Positions 8,993 through 18,120 of a stretch of DNA of 22,821 nt are shown one piece after another. Within the stretch, counting starts at the first letter, position 1. Each line of letters opens with the position of its first letter. The position numbers were made by a program, and so were the translations under genes. Origin of the DNA: a bacterium (GTDB lineage: Bacteria > Sysuimicrobiota > Sysuimicrobiia > Sysuimicrobiales > Humicultoraceae); the NCBI GenBank assembly GCA_041497675.1, contig JBGQGY010000053.1, positions 1 to 22,821 of the forward strand. The letters are read 5' to 3'. The notes below the pieces were generated by a model. It did not search any database. It was not told where the DNA came from and saw only the letters and a program-made list of their open reading frames with translations.

Positions 8993-10612
8993 TCAGGCCT
9001 TTCCGTCAATTCGTGCATGGAAAGCGTTCCACAGTTGCAACGACCAGGACTCAAGCACGTCGATGCTCACGGCGCGGTAGGGATCGATGTCGGTGAGGGC
9101 GCCGGGGATTGACTCCGCGGGAGTGTTGTAAAGAGATAGGGCGGCTTCATGCCAGTATTTCGGAATCGCGACGCGTTCCTGGTACAGATGGTCCAGCCGC
9201 TGACGATACTCTGCTGCGCTCTTGCCGGAGCGGATGTCGGTCAGATGGGTCGTGATCCATGTGGGCGCGGCGGCCAGGCCCAAGAGTCGCCGGGTAGCGG
9301 TGTTCACGTTGAGCCGGTGAATGCTCATGATGTCCTCGCCTATCCGCGCGAAATAGCCGTGCCAGTCCTTCGTCTTCTCGACCTCGGACCTCTCCAGGTA
9401 CGCTATCAACTCCTGCACCTCCGGGCTTAGGCGATAGAGCGCCTCCGTCCATTCGGTCAGGTTCGTCACCTCACTCTTAGCCCGGTCGATTCGCGCCCTC
9501 AGGTCGTTGATGCGGGCCGTGAGGAACGTCGCGTCATTTGCGCGGTCATAGAAATGACGGCCGAGGCCGCCGTCCGCCTGGATCAGGAGAAAGCCTGTCA
9601 GCCGTGAGCCGGGCGCCCAGCGATGTTCATGCAGGCGGCCGATGAGGCCGCGGGCATAGTCCGTCCCCTTTTGGTCCCTGGCCATGTTGGCGGCGTGCAC
9701 GAACAGGCCGAAGGCCCCTTGGTCCCCCAGGCCGTCGACGACCTTCTGTGAGCCGATCTGGTGCAGAACGCCTGCCTGCTTCGCCACGACCTCGAGATAG
9801 GAGATCGCGGGTCCAATGTGCGGCGGGTCGAAATAGCCGGCTGCGGTCACATAGGGGACGTCGACGAAGTCGCGCTCGGCGGGCAACGCGTCCAAATCCG
9901 GCTTGTGGTCGGCCAAGAAGAGCCAGGTCGGCGGTGGCCCCGTTTCCCCAGGCCGTGAGAACGTGAGCTTGCCCGCGACGATGACGAGGTAGTCGCGCAA
10001 CCGCAGGCGTGATGCGTGCAGCACCCGATCCTCACGGCGAGTGGGTGTTGCCGCGGGTCCTTTCGGCTGGGGCCCGGCCATGTGCGGGGGCCGTCTTCCA
10101 CGGCTCACTCTTTTCACACTGAGGCGGGTGCCATCGGTGAAGGTGATTGTGGCGGGTCCGGTTGGCGTCGTCTGCTGAATGTCCTGGATGCCTGTCTTGT
10201 TGACCTCCAGGAGAAATTGCTCCGAAAACGAGAGGACGGCGAGTTCAAGCACGTACTCCATATACTCGTTGACCTGGCGATAGGTTGGGGTCAGCAAGGC
10301 GCTGCGCAGGCTGGGATCGGCTTCGGACATCTGCTCGATGTATTGGCCGAAGGTCGGAAACCCGACGGGCAGCTTGTCGCTATAAAATGGATGCAGATCC
10401 ATTGGGCTGCTGCCGTCAAGCGGGTACGCGGTATCGTCTTTTGGCTTAGCCTCGTCCTTCGTGTCGAACAACACGACCTTAGCGGGAGGGGCGCCGTCCG
10501 GTGTGTTGTACGCGATATCGACGAGCGTGTTGATGAGCGCGGCCATGCCCGCATGACCCGAACCGACGACTGCGATAGGATGGTCTTCACTCTTGGCGTT
10601 GGCCATCATCAC
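8993..10612 (-). CDS. Hypothetical protein; N-terminal FAD/NAD(P)-binding Rossmann-like domain, unknown C-terminus
   Basis: IAVVGSGHAG (GxGxxG) followed by VVLFD; 539-aa ORF; GGAAGG RBS-like sequence upstream. Confidence 0.7.
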   Translation of the reverse strand: MMMANAKSEDHPIAVVGSGHAGMAALINTLVDIAYNTPDGAPPAKVVLFDTKDEAKPKDDTAYPLDGSSPMDLHPFYSDKLPVGFPTFGQYIEQMSEADPSLRSALLTPTYRQVNEYMEYVLELAVLSFSEQFLLEVNKTGIQDIQQTTPTGPATITFTDGTRLSVKRVSRGRRPPHMAGPQPKGPAATPTRREDRVLHASRLRLRDYLVIVAGKLTFSRPGETGPPPTWLFLADHKPDLDALPAERDFVDVPYVTAAGYFDPPHIGPAISYLEVVAKQAGVLHQIGSQKVVDGLGDQGAFGLFVHAANMARDQKGTDYARGLIGRLHEHRWAPGSRLTGFLLIQADGGLGRHFYDRANDATFLTARINDLRARIDRAKSEVTNLTEWTEALYRLSPEVQELIAYLERSEVEKTKDWHGYFARIGEDIMSIHRLNVNTATRRLLGLAAAPTWITTHLTDIRSGKSAAEYRQRLDHLYQERVAIPKYWHEAALSLYNTPAESIPGALTDIDPYRAVSIDVLESWSLQLWNAFHARIDGKA

Positions 10613-10725
10613 ACCTTCCGTGGTCCATCTGCATGATCACACGTTGCTTTCACGCGGATGTGATCACTTGCCCACTTGTAGTCTAGGCCCCCACCAGCTT
10701 CGATGACTTGTTGCTTCGTCTTCAT
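10609..10725 (-). CDS. Putative 38-aa small ORF MKTKQQVIEAGGGLDYKWASDHIRVKATCDHADGPRKV
   Basis: AGGGAG 7 nt before ATG; its stop overlaps the next gene's start (GTGA). Below the ORF-track cutoff. Confidence 0.35.
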   Translation of the reverse strand: MKTKQQVIEAGGGLDYKWASDHIRVKATCDHADGPRKV

Positions 10726-10858
10726 TGCATGACTCCCTAGTCAGACTTCAGCGGGTCTTGTTCCTTGGACCGACCAGTTTACCTCCAGAAGATTGCGGGC
10801 CTGCCCGCGCGGCTACCCGGCTGAGGAGAACGCGACGATCATGTACGGGCGGAAAGCC

Positions 10859-10892
10859 GCAGGGGGCCGGTGATCAGCCGTCGGCCCCCTGC
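10859..10892 (-). terminator. Intrinsic terminator-like hairpin
   Basis: GCAGGGGGCCG / CGGCCCCCTGC stem 23 nt after the stop at 10916, followed by GGCTTTCC on the minus strand. Confidence 0.65.
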
Positions 10893-10915
10893 AGACGATG
10901 GAAGGTGGTAGCTAG

Positions 10916-11866
10916 CTAGTGCCTAATGTTGAATGGATTCTGCCGCGGATGCCGCCCATTGACGCCGAGGAAGATTTCGTCCTGCGTCCCCATCCGATCG
11001 TCGATCTTCAGGGAGAACTGCACCACGTCGCCCTGATTCATGGTGAAGTCGAATCCGTCACCGCCCCCCGAATTGGACGCGTTCCATTGCATATTGTTCC
11101 CCCGCTGCCGAACCGCAGAGACCCCGGGGTACGCGGGCGAGAAGGCCGTGAGGCGCCCCTGCACTGTGGCCTGGCCATTGAAACGGTGCTGCTGCCCCTG
11201 AGCTGATGTCCACCGGAGGTGTACACCCTGGTCGTCCGTCCAGATGTAATAGCCGGTCGGCCAGACGGAGAACTGCGGCGCGCCCCAAATGTTGGATCGC
11301 CTGTTGGATCGCCGGGAATCCTGAGCCGGGTCTATCGGCGATCCGGGCGCCACCGCGATCTGCGGCTGGAAGGTCAGCGCGAACGGATTTGCCGCGGGAT
11401 GGTATCCGCGCGCGCCGAGGTAGATCTCCTGCCTCGTCGCGTTGCGGCCGTCCAACAACAGCGAAAACTGCACGACGTCGCCAGGGTTGACCGCAAAGTC
11501 GAAACCGTCACCGCCCCCGGAATTGGACATGTTCCAGAGTATCCTGTTGCCCTGCTGCCGGACCGCGGAGACCCCGGGGTACGCGCGCGAGAAGGATGCA
11601 ATCCGTCCTTGCACGGTTGCCTGACCGTTGAATCGATGGGTCTGTCCCTGGGCGGCTGTCCACCTCACGTGAAGACCCTGCTCGTCTGTCCAGATGAAGT
11701 ATCCATTTGGCCAGACCTTCAGTTGCAGTGCGCCCCAGGTGTCCAGCCCCGGGTACTGCGGTGCAAACACTGTCCCCTGCGCGCCGACCGGCAGCGCAAT
11801 GAAGACAGATAGGCTCAGTGTACATATCGTGAGAATTGTCGCTAGAACTGTCGCTCGAAATCGCAT
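10916..11866 (-). CDS. Secreted protein with two tandem ~119-aa beta-rich repeats
   Basis: Signal peptide MRFRATVL...VGA-Q; RBS GGGAGG; repeated WP.GY.IWTD..G.H.RWT...HRFNG...GGGDGFDF...NPF. Confidence 0.85.
   Translation of the reverse strand: MRFRATVLATILTICTLSLSVFIALPVGAQGTVFAPQYPGLDTWGALQLKVWPNGYFIWTDEQGLHVRWTAAQGQTHRFNGQATVQGRIASFSRAYPGVSAVRQQGNRILWNMSNSGGGDGFDFAVNPGDVVQFSLLLDGRNATRQEIYLGARGYHPAANPFALTFQPQIAVAPGSPIDPAQDSRRSNRRSNIWGAPQFSVWPTGYYIWTDDQGVHLRWTSAQGQQHRFNGQATVQGRLTAFSPAYPGVSAVRQRGNNMQWNASNSGGGDGFDFTMNQGDVVQFSLKIDDRMGTQDEIFLGVNGRHPRQNPFNIRH
10931..11737. repeat. Internal direct repeat, ~357 bp units at 10931-11287 and 11381-11737
   Basis: Shared DNA blocks, e.g. ccgtcaccgcccccggaattggac-like and agaccccggggtacgcg, at a 450-bp offset. 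Confidence 0.9.
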
Positions 11867-13821
11867 CACATTGACCTCCCTGAATCTATCAACTGTAGTG
11901 CGCGACGGCTTAAGGGCTCTGGCCAAACACGGGCCAGAGTGGCCTTTGTTGTGACGGCCTCAGAGCGCCGGCCCAGTGGGTCGATGGTCACGGCCGTGAT
12001 CGTGAGTTCGGCGTTGGAAATGCGCACCATCTGGTTGATCGTCACCGCCCAGTCGCCCGCGGCGTCTGTGATGGTCGTGACCTTTCCATAGGTGCCTTTC
12101 AGGTTGAGCACGAGCAGCGCGCCCTGGTAGTCGACTTGAACCTCGACCCGATACCCGGGGGTGGCCTTGCCCCGGATCACGATCGGGGCTCCCACACGTG
12201 CCCCAGCCGCCGGGGAGGTGATGACAGGCGGCGCCACGCCTTCGGTCGCCACGATGATCAGCCGCGCTGCGTCCGCCTGGCTCGTGACGTCGCCCTTGCT
12301 CAACCTCACGATGATGCGCGCGTTCTGTGCGGCGACTCGTTCTCGCGGCCGGATCGTGTACGAGCCGACATAGACCCCCCGCTGGGTGGCCGCTTCGGTC
12401 ATGGGGATGTTCTCTTCGACGCCCTCGATCGTGAAGGAGGCCTGTCCTCCAGGTTCGCCGAGCATCGTCACGGTCAGGACATCGCGCGGCCGGAGCGGCG
12501 TGACGGGGCGTACCGTCACGGACCGGATAAGCGATGTCTGTTGGATCGCGGTTGTGAACACGTACTCCTCCTGGGTGACGTTGCCGGCCCTGTCCGCGAG
12601 GATCACGCGGACCAGCACGCGCCCTATCAGGGCATCCGGCGGGCTGTAGGCCAGAGCGGTCTCGGTGATCGAGACCCGCGCGGTCACGTTCTGGCCGTTC
12701 ACGAGCAACCGGCTGCGGGCAGGGTCAATGCCCGACCCGGCGTCATTGAAGGCAATGAGAATGTTGGGGCGAACGTTGTTCACCGTTTGGCCCTTCTCCG
12801 GGAAACGCTGGACGATTTGGGGCGCTATGCCGTCGAGCGTCACCGGGGTCCCGGCCTGAACGAGCGGCGATTCTTGCCCGTTGACGCGCAGTCGTCCCAT
12901 AACGATGGCTGCGGCCACGTTGTCCTGAGGACGGACCGTGTAACTCCCCCGATAGACTCCGGACGAGACCTGACGCATCGCGACCCCGGAGACGACGCCG
13001 AAGATGTCGAAACTCGCTGTGCCTCCCGTCGTTCCCCTGAGGGTGACGGTTACCGGGGAGCCGGCGCTGAGCGGCGACGTCACGTTGTGAGTAAAGGAAA
13101 TGATCTGGACGTTACCGGCGGGAGGCGCGGGCGGCTGGACCGCCTGTGTACGTGACTGTACGACCACGACTTGGCTTGTCTGCGGGTTCAGCCGCAAGCG
13201 GACTTCCATCCCCACTCGCAGTTGCTCGCGCGTCGCCTCTTGGCCATTCACGATGAACCTCACCCCATCGGCGAATGTGAAGATCTGTCCATCGGACAGG
13301 GCGATGGAGCGGCTGGTGATCGCGTCGATCCGGCCCGTGATGATACGCTCGGCCGGTTGCGGCGCGGGTGCGGGCTGAACCGGTAAGGCGGTGGTCCCTG
13401 AGGTGATGGTCACGAGGCGGGTGGTGTTATCCCAGTCCACCTGAGCCCCCATTGCCTCACTCACGAAGCGGAGAGGCACAAGCGTCCGCCCCCCAACGAT
13501 TGTCGCCGGAACGTCGAGGAGGACCACACGGCCGTTGACGATCGCCTGGCGGCTGCCGATGGCCAGCTGCACCTGCGTGTCTGCGCGCTGCGCGGTAACG
13601 ACGTTCGTTGCAGGGTTCCAGAGCACCGTGGCTCCAAGGTGCTCGAAGACTCCTCGAAGCGGCACGAGAACCCGGCCGCCGGCCACGACCGGAGGCTGAT
13701 CAAACCCCATCAGTTGGCCGTCGACCACGACGCTGACAGTCTGCGCCAGGGCCGGGACGGCCGGTAGGGCGATAATGGCAAGGCTCAACGCGAGAGCCAG
13801 TGACAGGAAACGTAGTATCAT
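11866..13821 (-). CDS. Secreted protein: copper amine oxidase N-terminal (stalk) domain plus Ig-like repeats
   Basis: Signal peptide; GRVLVPLRGVFEHLGATV.W and GRTLVPLRFVSEAMGAQVDWD; two GG.ASF.I...GVY.GSYT repeats; DRAGN motif; RBS GGGGAGG; TGATG overlap with the next gene. Confidence 0.88.
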   Translation of the reverse strand: MILRFLSLALALSLAIIALPAVPALAQTVSVVVDGQLMGFDQPPVVAGGRVLVPLRGVFEHLGATVLWNPATNVVTAQRADTQVQLAIGSRQAIVNGRVVLLDVPATIVGGRTLVPLRFVSEAMGAQVDWDNTTRLVTITSGTTALPVQPAPAPQPAERIITGRIDAITSRSIALSDGQIFTFADGVRFIVNGQEATREQLRVGMEVRLRLNPQTSQVVVVQSRTQAVQPPAPPAGNVQIISFTHNVTSPLSAGSPVTVTLRGTTGGTASFDIFGVVSGVAMRQVSSGVYRGSYTVRPQDNVAAAIVMGRLRVNGQESPLVQAGTPVTLDGIAPQIVQRFPEKGQTVNNVRPNILIAFNDAGSGIDPARSRLLVNGQNVTARVSITETALAYSPPDALIGRVLVRVILADRAGNVTQEEYVFTTAIQQTSLIRSVTVRPVTPLRPRDVLTVTMLGEPGGQASFTIEGVEENIPMTEAATQRGVYVGSYTIRPRERVAAQNARIIVRLSKGDVTSQADAARLIIVATEGVAPPVITSPAAGARVGAPIVIRGKATPGYRVEVQVDYQGALLVLNLKGTYGKVTTITDAAGDWAVTINQMVRISNAELTITAVTIDPLGRRSEAVTTKATLARVWPEPLSRRALQLIDSGRSM

Positions 13822-13959
13822 GTGTGATTCCTCCCCAACCGTTCTCAGCCGGTCTGAGGGCCTGCGGGATGGATCCCCTCCAGGTCCTCGGACACCGGTG
13901 GTAGCCATCAGGGCTCTATTTCTGGAGCTTCGAGATCTTCGATCGCGCAATCCGAGCCT

Positions 13960-13998
13960 CAGACTGGGCTTCCCTGAAGAGGTGGGAAGCCCAGTCTG
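13960..13998. terminator. Perfect 15-bp hairpin downstream of the small secreted gene
   Basis: CAGACTGGGCTTCCC-N9-GGGAAGCCCAGTCTG; no clear U-tract. Confidence 0.55.
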
Positions 13999-14021
13999 TG
14001 CCCAGAGGTACCTGTCTGTTT

Positions 14022-14219
14022 TTACGGTGTGAAGGGGGTCCACTGGCCGGTCTGCTGGTGGTTCACATACCGCTGATAGCCGGCTTCGGACATGAAGTTC
14101 ATCGATGCGCTGAAGGCTATGAGGGTGGCCGTGTTGGGCGACTGCTGGGCCGACGCGACACCCACGAACGCTGCCGAGAGCATCATCACGCTTAGGACGA
14201 TGACTGCGAGCTGTTTCAT
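14022..14219 (-). CDS. Small secreted protein, 65 aa
   Basis: RBS GGAGAGGAG; signal peptide ending ASA-QQ; followed by a hairpin. Confidence 0.75.
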   Translation of the reverse strand: MKQLAVIVLSVMMLSAAFVGVASAQQSPNTATLIAFSASMNFMSEAGYQRYVNHQQTGQWTPFTP

Positions 14220-14435
14220 GGTTTTGCTCCTCTCCACAGGATTTTGGTTTGAGTCAATCACACACTTTTTGGGCATCTTTCCTATCAGCGATCCGTCCTC
14301 GATCCGTCCCAATGAACCGTAACACGGCACGCATGTACCGTCTGTTCAAGATTGCTCACATAGGCTCCAAAGACAGGCTCCAGCAATATCGTCATGTTCT
14401 TCTGTCCTGCGTTCTGTCAAACTGAGAGGGGTGCA

Positions 14436-15749
14436 ATGATGCGCGAATCTACACGGAAAACGTCATCTCTCAGTTTAGCCATGATTGTCTGCCTTCTGTC
14501 GGCGCTGATCTGGGCTGTGGCGCAGCCTACGCACGCACAAGATGACGGATTGGTTAACCGTATCAAGCCCGCGGTGGTTTTGGTCTCCGTCAAGCACGTC
14601 CTTGCCCGGGCAGACCGTGGGTCCGGTTTTCTGTATGATTCCTCTGGGCTGATTCTTACGAATCATCATCTGATAGAGGGCGCTGTTGAGATTACCGTAA
14701 TGCTTCCCGACAAGCGCAGCTTCCGTGCTACTGTAGTCGACTACGTCCACCGGGAAGATTACGCTGGAGAAGAACTGGAGAAGGTAACAGATGTAGCAGT
14801 GCTCAAAATCAACGGTTCAAACTTGCCGGCGATTCCTCTGGGAGACTCAGAGACGTTGCGTGACGGTCAGGAGCTTTTGGTCCTCGGATACCCGGAATCT
14901 GTCAGTAGTGATGAGGTGACTGTTGCGCGGGGTATCGTCAGTGTCCTTCGTCCCGGTTGGATCCAGACAGATGCCGCTATTGGCCCCGGAAACACCGGCG
15001 GGCCGGTTGTTGATCGGCAGGGTCGCGTCGTCGGGCTCGCGACACACGTAGCTGGCTCGAAGAGAATGATCGGCGGCGCCGTGGCCATCAATGGGGTTCG
15101 GGGTTTGGCAAGGTCGGCCCTGGATGATGGCGCGCCGCGCATGCGTGAAGTGAAGGTCACGGGCATGGAATACGTGGCCATTCGGACCGGCCGCCGAACG
15201 GTGTGGCGGAGGAGTTATGATCCCGGCTCGACCGGCGAGCGGCCGTATGTCGCAGAAGCTACTAGCGAGGATCTGCAGGTAGACAACCACAACGGAGCAC
15301 TGCTGGTTCGGGCGCGCGACTCCACGGGCGCAGAGTCCACGACCTACATGGATTCACATGGGCTCCTGAGTCTCCCGGTTTCGCAAGGCGGATGGGTATT
15401 TTCCGCAGAGCCACGGCTGATATTGCCTCTTCCGCCGTTCGGGGGCCGGACGTGGCAAGATCGTCGAACCGACCAATATCCCCCTCAGGGACTTGGTCGC
15501 CAACTCACGTCGACCACCAGAATCGAAGGCCTCAACGAGGTCGTGACCGTTCCCGCGGGGACCTACACGCAGTGTATGAAGGTTGTCGAGACGATAGTCC
15601 AGGTGGATACGCGTGGTGGCCAACAGCGAGTGTGGCACGTGACCACGACGACCTGGAGAGCCCCTTCAGTTGGTCCAATTCGATCGATCAGAGAACTCCA
15701 AGAGTCCAAGGAGCGGTTCGTGCAAGAACTGGTTAGCACGACGCCTTGA
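14436..15749 (+). CDS. Secreted trypsin-like (S1C) protein with C-terminal VTVPAGT beta-domain; catalytic Ser replaced by Thr
   Basis: GSGF, LTNHH, DVAVLKI, IQTDAAIGPGNTGGP; GAGAGGGG RBS. Confidence 0.85.
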   Translation: MMRESTRKTSSLSLAMIVCLLSALIWAVAQPTHAQDDGLVNRIKPAVVLVSVKHVLARADRGSGFLYDSSGLILTNHHLIEGAVEITVMLPDKRSFRATVVDYVHREDYAGEELEKVTDVAVLKINGSNLPAIPLGDSETLRDGQELLVLGYPESVSSDEVTVARGIVSVLRPGWIQTDAAIGPGNTGGPVVDRQGRVVGLATHVAGSKRMIGGAVAINGVRGLARSALDDGAPRMREVKVTGMEYVAIRTGRRTVWRRSYDPGSTGERPYVAEATSEDLQVDNHNGALLVRARDSTGAESTTYMDSHGLLSLPVSQGGWVFSAEPRLILPLPPFGGRTWQDRRTDQYPPQGLGRQLTSTTRIEGLNEVVTVPAGTYTQCMKVVETIVQVDTRGGQQRVWHVTTTTWRAPSVGPIRSIRELQESKERFVQELVSTTP

Positions 15750-15900
15750 GACGGTGCGAGGGAAGAAACACAAAGCGAAGGCCGACCAGTTGACCACAGT
15801 GAGCAAGAGCCGGCTCCGAAACCTTTTCGGTCGTCTTTCCCGGCCCGACCTCGCCCGTGTAGAACAAGCGATCAGAGTGCAGTTGGACCTCACTCTCTGA
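15750..15900 (+). pseudogene. mazF: 3' half of a second mazF/pemK gene
   Basis: Ungapped match to 8826-8976 with 27 mismatches in 151 nt by hand count; no start codon. Confidence 0.9.
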
Positions 15901-16060
15901 TCTGGCCAGCCACATCCTCGAGCGGCAGGCCCGCAGCACAAAGCGGGCAGTCAGCGGGCAGCCAGAGGTCGTAGTCGTCGCGCGCGACCGCTTCGACCCG
16001 GAAGTGGCCATCCCGGCCGGCGACTAGCTCCAGAAACGCTGCTGCGGTGGTCTCGCTCAT
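15890..16060 (-). pseudogene. Orotate-PRTase-like gene with large internal deletion
   Basis: N-terminal FLELVAGRDGHFR joined directly to C-terminal LWLPADCPLCAAGLPLE; the PRPP-binding core is absent. Confidence 0.6.
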
Positions 16061-16182
16061 ACCAGTCGGGTGTAGCCGAGACCTTACCCTGCCTGCACAG
16101 ATTGCAACCAAACACGTGTTAGGAGTGTTCTACGATGTAGAGAGCGTGCGAGAACAAAGAGATCATGCCTCAGGAGACGCAT

Positions 16183-17142
16183 ATGATCAAGCCGCACCCG
16201 TTCCGCTTCGGTGTCATAAACGAACAGATGCGGTCAGCTGATGCGTGGGTTGGGCAAGCACGCAAAGTGGAGGACCACGGCTACGGAACGTTCTTGATGC
16301 GCGATCACTTCGTCCCAGACTTCTTTGGCCATCAATTCGCTCCCGTGGCAGCGCTCATGGCTGCCGCGAGCGTGACCAAGACCCTGCGCATAGGGAGTCT
16401 GGTGTTCGACAATGACTACCGACACCCTGTGATGCTGGCGAAGGAAGTTGCGACGCTCGACCTGCTCTCGGGCGGCCGGTTCGAACTGGGGATCGGCGCC
16501 GGATGGTTGCAATCGGAGTACGAGCGGGCAGGGATGCCGTTTGACGCGCCCGGTGTCCGGATCAGTCGGTTGGAGGAGGCGATCCATATCCTCAAAGGCC
16601 TCTTTGCAGAAGAGCCGTTGAACTTCGCCGGTCACTACTACGCCGTCACTGGTCTGCAAGGATTCCCGCAGCCGATCCAGCGACCACACCCGCCCATCCT
16701 GATCGGGGGTGGAGGCAAACGCATACTCACACTGGCGGGACGCCTGGCGAACAGTGTGGGCATTCTAACGACTTCGGTCGCCAGTGGGGTACGGGAAGAC
16801 AACCCTACAGAACGTCTCGCAGTCAACGTCGCCAAGAAGGTCGGGTGGGTACGACAAGGGGCTGGCGACCGGTTCCCCGAGGTCGAGTTGAGCATGATCG
16901 TTACCGTGATTGAGACAAACAATCGCCGCCAACGCGCGGAGCAACTCATCGGTGAACGCGGCTGGAGCGGTCTGCCCGTTGAGGAGGTGTTCGATATGCC
17001 CTCGATCTTCATTGGTGCAGTAGACGACATTGTCGAGGCGATGGAGGAACGGCGTGAGCGCTACGGGTTCTCCTACTACGTGGTGTCTGACAGGCACATG
17101 GACACATGTGCTCCAGTGGTAGCCCGTTTGGCTGGTAACTGA
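16183..17142 (+). CDS. LLM-class (luciferase-like) oxidoreductase, probable F420-dependent, TIGR03621-like
   Basis: PFRFGV, DHF, NDYRHPVMLAKEVATLDLLSGGRFELGIGAGW, PPILIGGGG, RRERYGFSY; RBS AGGAG. Confidence 0.9.
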   Translation: MIKPHPFRFGVINEQMRSADAWVGQARKVEDHGYGTFLMRDHFVPDFFGHQFAPVAALMAAASVTKTLRIGSLVFDNDYRHPVMLAKEVATLDLLSGGRFELGIGAGWLQSEYERAGMPFDAPGVRISRLEEAIHILKGLFAEEPLNFAGHYYAVTGLQGFPQPIQRPHPPILIGGGGKRILTLAGRLANSVGILTTSVASGVREDNPTERLAVNVAKKVGWVRQGAGDRFPEVELSMIVTVIETNNRRQRAEQLIGERGWSGLPVEEVFDMPSIFIGAVDDIVEAMEERRERYGFSYYVVSDRHMDTCAPVVARLAGN

Positions 17143-17149
17143 GGTCACT

Positions 17150-17572
17150 CTATTCCGTGATTTCGAATTGAGGATTCCAGACGATCTCCCACAGGTGCTC
17201 GTCTGGGTCCTGGAAGTAGCCGGCGTACCCTCCCCAAAAGGTACTCTGGGCACGCTTGATTATCTTCGCGCCCGCTCGCCTCGCTTGTTCCATGACGGCG
17301 TCAACCTCTTCTTTGGTGGCAACATTGTGGCCAATGGTGCACTCGGTGGGGCTACGTGTGGACTTGGGAATGCCCGCGTCATGCGCAATGTCATCACGAG
17401 GCCAAACGGCAAGCTTTAGCCCAGGTTGCAAGTCAAAGAAGGCGACAGCCCCATGCTCAAACTCTTCACCAACAATCCCTTGTGTTGGCAGCCCCAAGCC
17501 GTCGCGATAGAATGCAAGCGACTCCTTCAAATTGTCGACGCCCAACGTGACAACTGTGATGCGTGGTTTCAT
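17150..17572 (-). CDS. VOC/glyoxalase family protein
   Basis: MKPRITVVTLGV..L..SLAFY.DGLG; FWGGYAGYFQDPDEHLWEIVWNP. Confidence 0.92.
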   Translation of the reverse strand: MKPRITVVTLGVDNLKESLAFYRDGLGLPTQGIVGEEFEHGAVAFFDLQPGLKLAVWPRDDIAHDAGIPKSTRSPTECTIGHNVATKEEVDAVMEQARRAGAKIIKRAQSTFWGGYAGYFQDPDEHLWEIVWNPQFEITE

Positions 17573-17595
17573 TTGATAGCCTCTCTTTCCACCAG

Positions 17596-18033
17596 TCATT
17601 CGTCCAGGGATTCGGTGCGGCCGCGAAGTCGCTTCTTGACAGACCGATGACGCTTTGACTCCAGGCGGTGCCGCCTCGAGGCTGCCGGAGGCTTCGACTT
17701 GCGTCGGACGCTGGGAGGAGTGCTTGCGCCCTCGATAAGCCGCAGGAGGCGCTCCAGTGCGTCTTGTCTATTGCGCTCCTGGGTTCGAAAGCGTTTCGCC
17801 TCTATGATCAACTCGCCGCTGGCCGTGATCCGGCCTCCGGCCAATCGCATCAGCCGATCCTTGACGGCGTCGTCGAGAGAGCGGGAATGGCGCAGATCAA
17901 ACCGAAGCTGAACCGCCGTGGCGACCTTGTTGACGTTCTGGCCGCCCGGACCCGACGCGCGGACGAACCTGAAGCGAATTTCGTTGGGGCGGATGCTGGC
18001 AGGCGTCGACGGTTTCGCCACTTTCGGAATCAT
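17596..18033 (-). CDS. arfB: Alternative ribosome rescue factor B (YaeJ)
   Basis: RASGPGGQNVNKV, RTQERNR.DA, basic C-terminal tail. Confidence 0.95.
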   Translation of the reverse strand: MIPKVAKPSTPASIRPNEIRFRFVRASGPGGQNVNKVATAVQLRFDLRHSRSLDDAVKDRLMRLAGGRITASGELIIEAKRFRTQERNRQDALERLLRLIEGASTPPSVRRKSKPPAASRRHRLESKRHRSVKKRLRGRTESLDE

Positions 18034-18120
18034 AGTTCAGGCGGAGGGCGGGATCAAGGGCGGCGGATAGCGGACCTGATATACTTGGCGCCGACTCCGT
18101 AGTCAGCATCAACCAGCTCT

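Noticed and set aside
13822..14043. N-terminal extension of the 725-aa ORF
   Set aside because: RBS and signal peptide place the start at 13821; the extension crosses a hairpin and another gene.
14289..14381. Short direct repeats (CGATCCGTCC x2, AGGCTCCA x2) in the divergent intergenic region
   Set aside because: Could be regulator sites but too short to support.
16111..16124. AACACGTGTT palindrome with GTTAGGA, resembling an attC end or the TA operator
   Set aside because: No attC architecture; too short to distinguish from chance.
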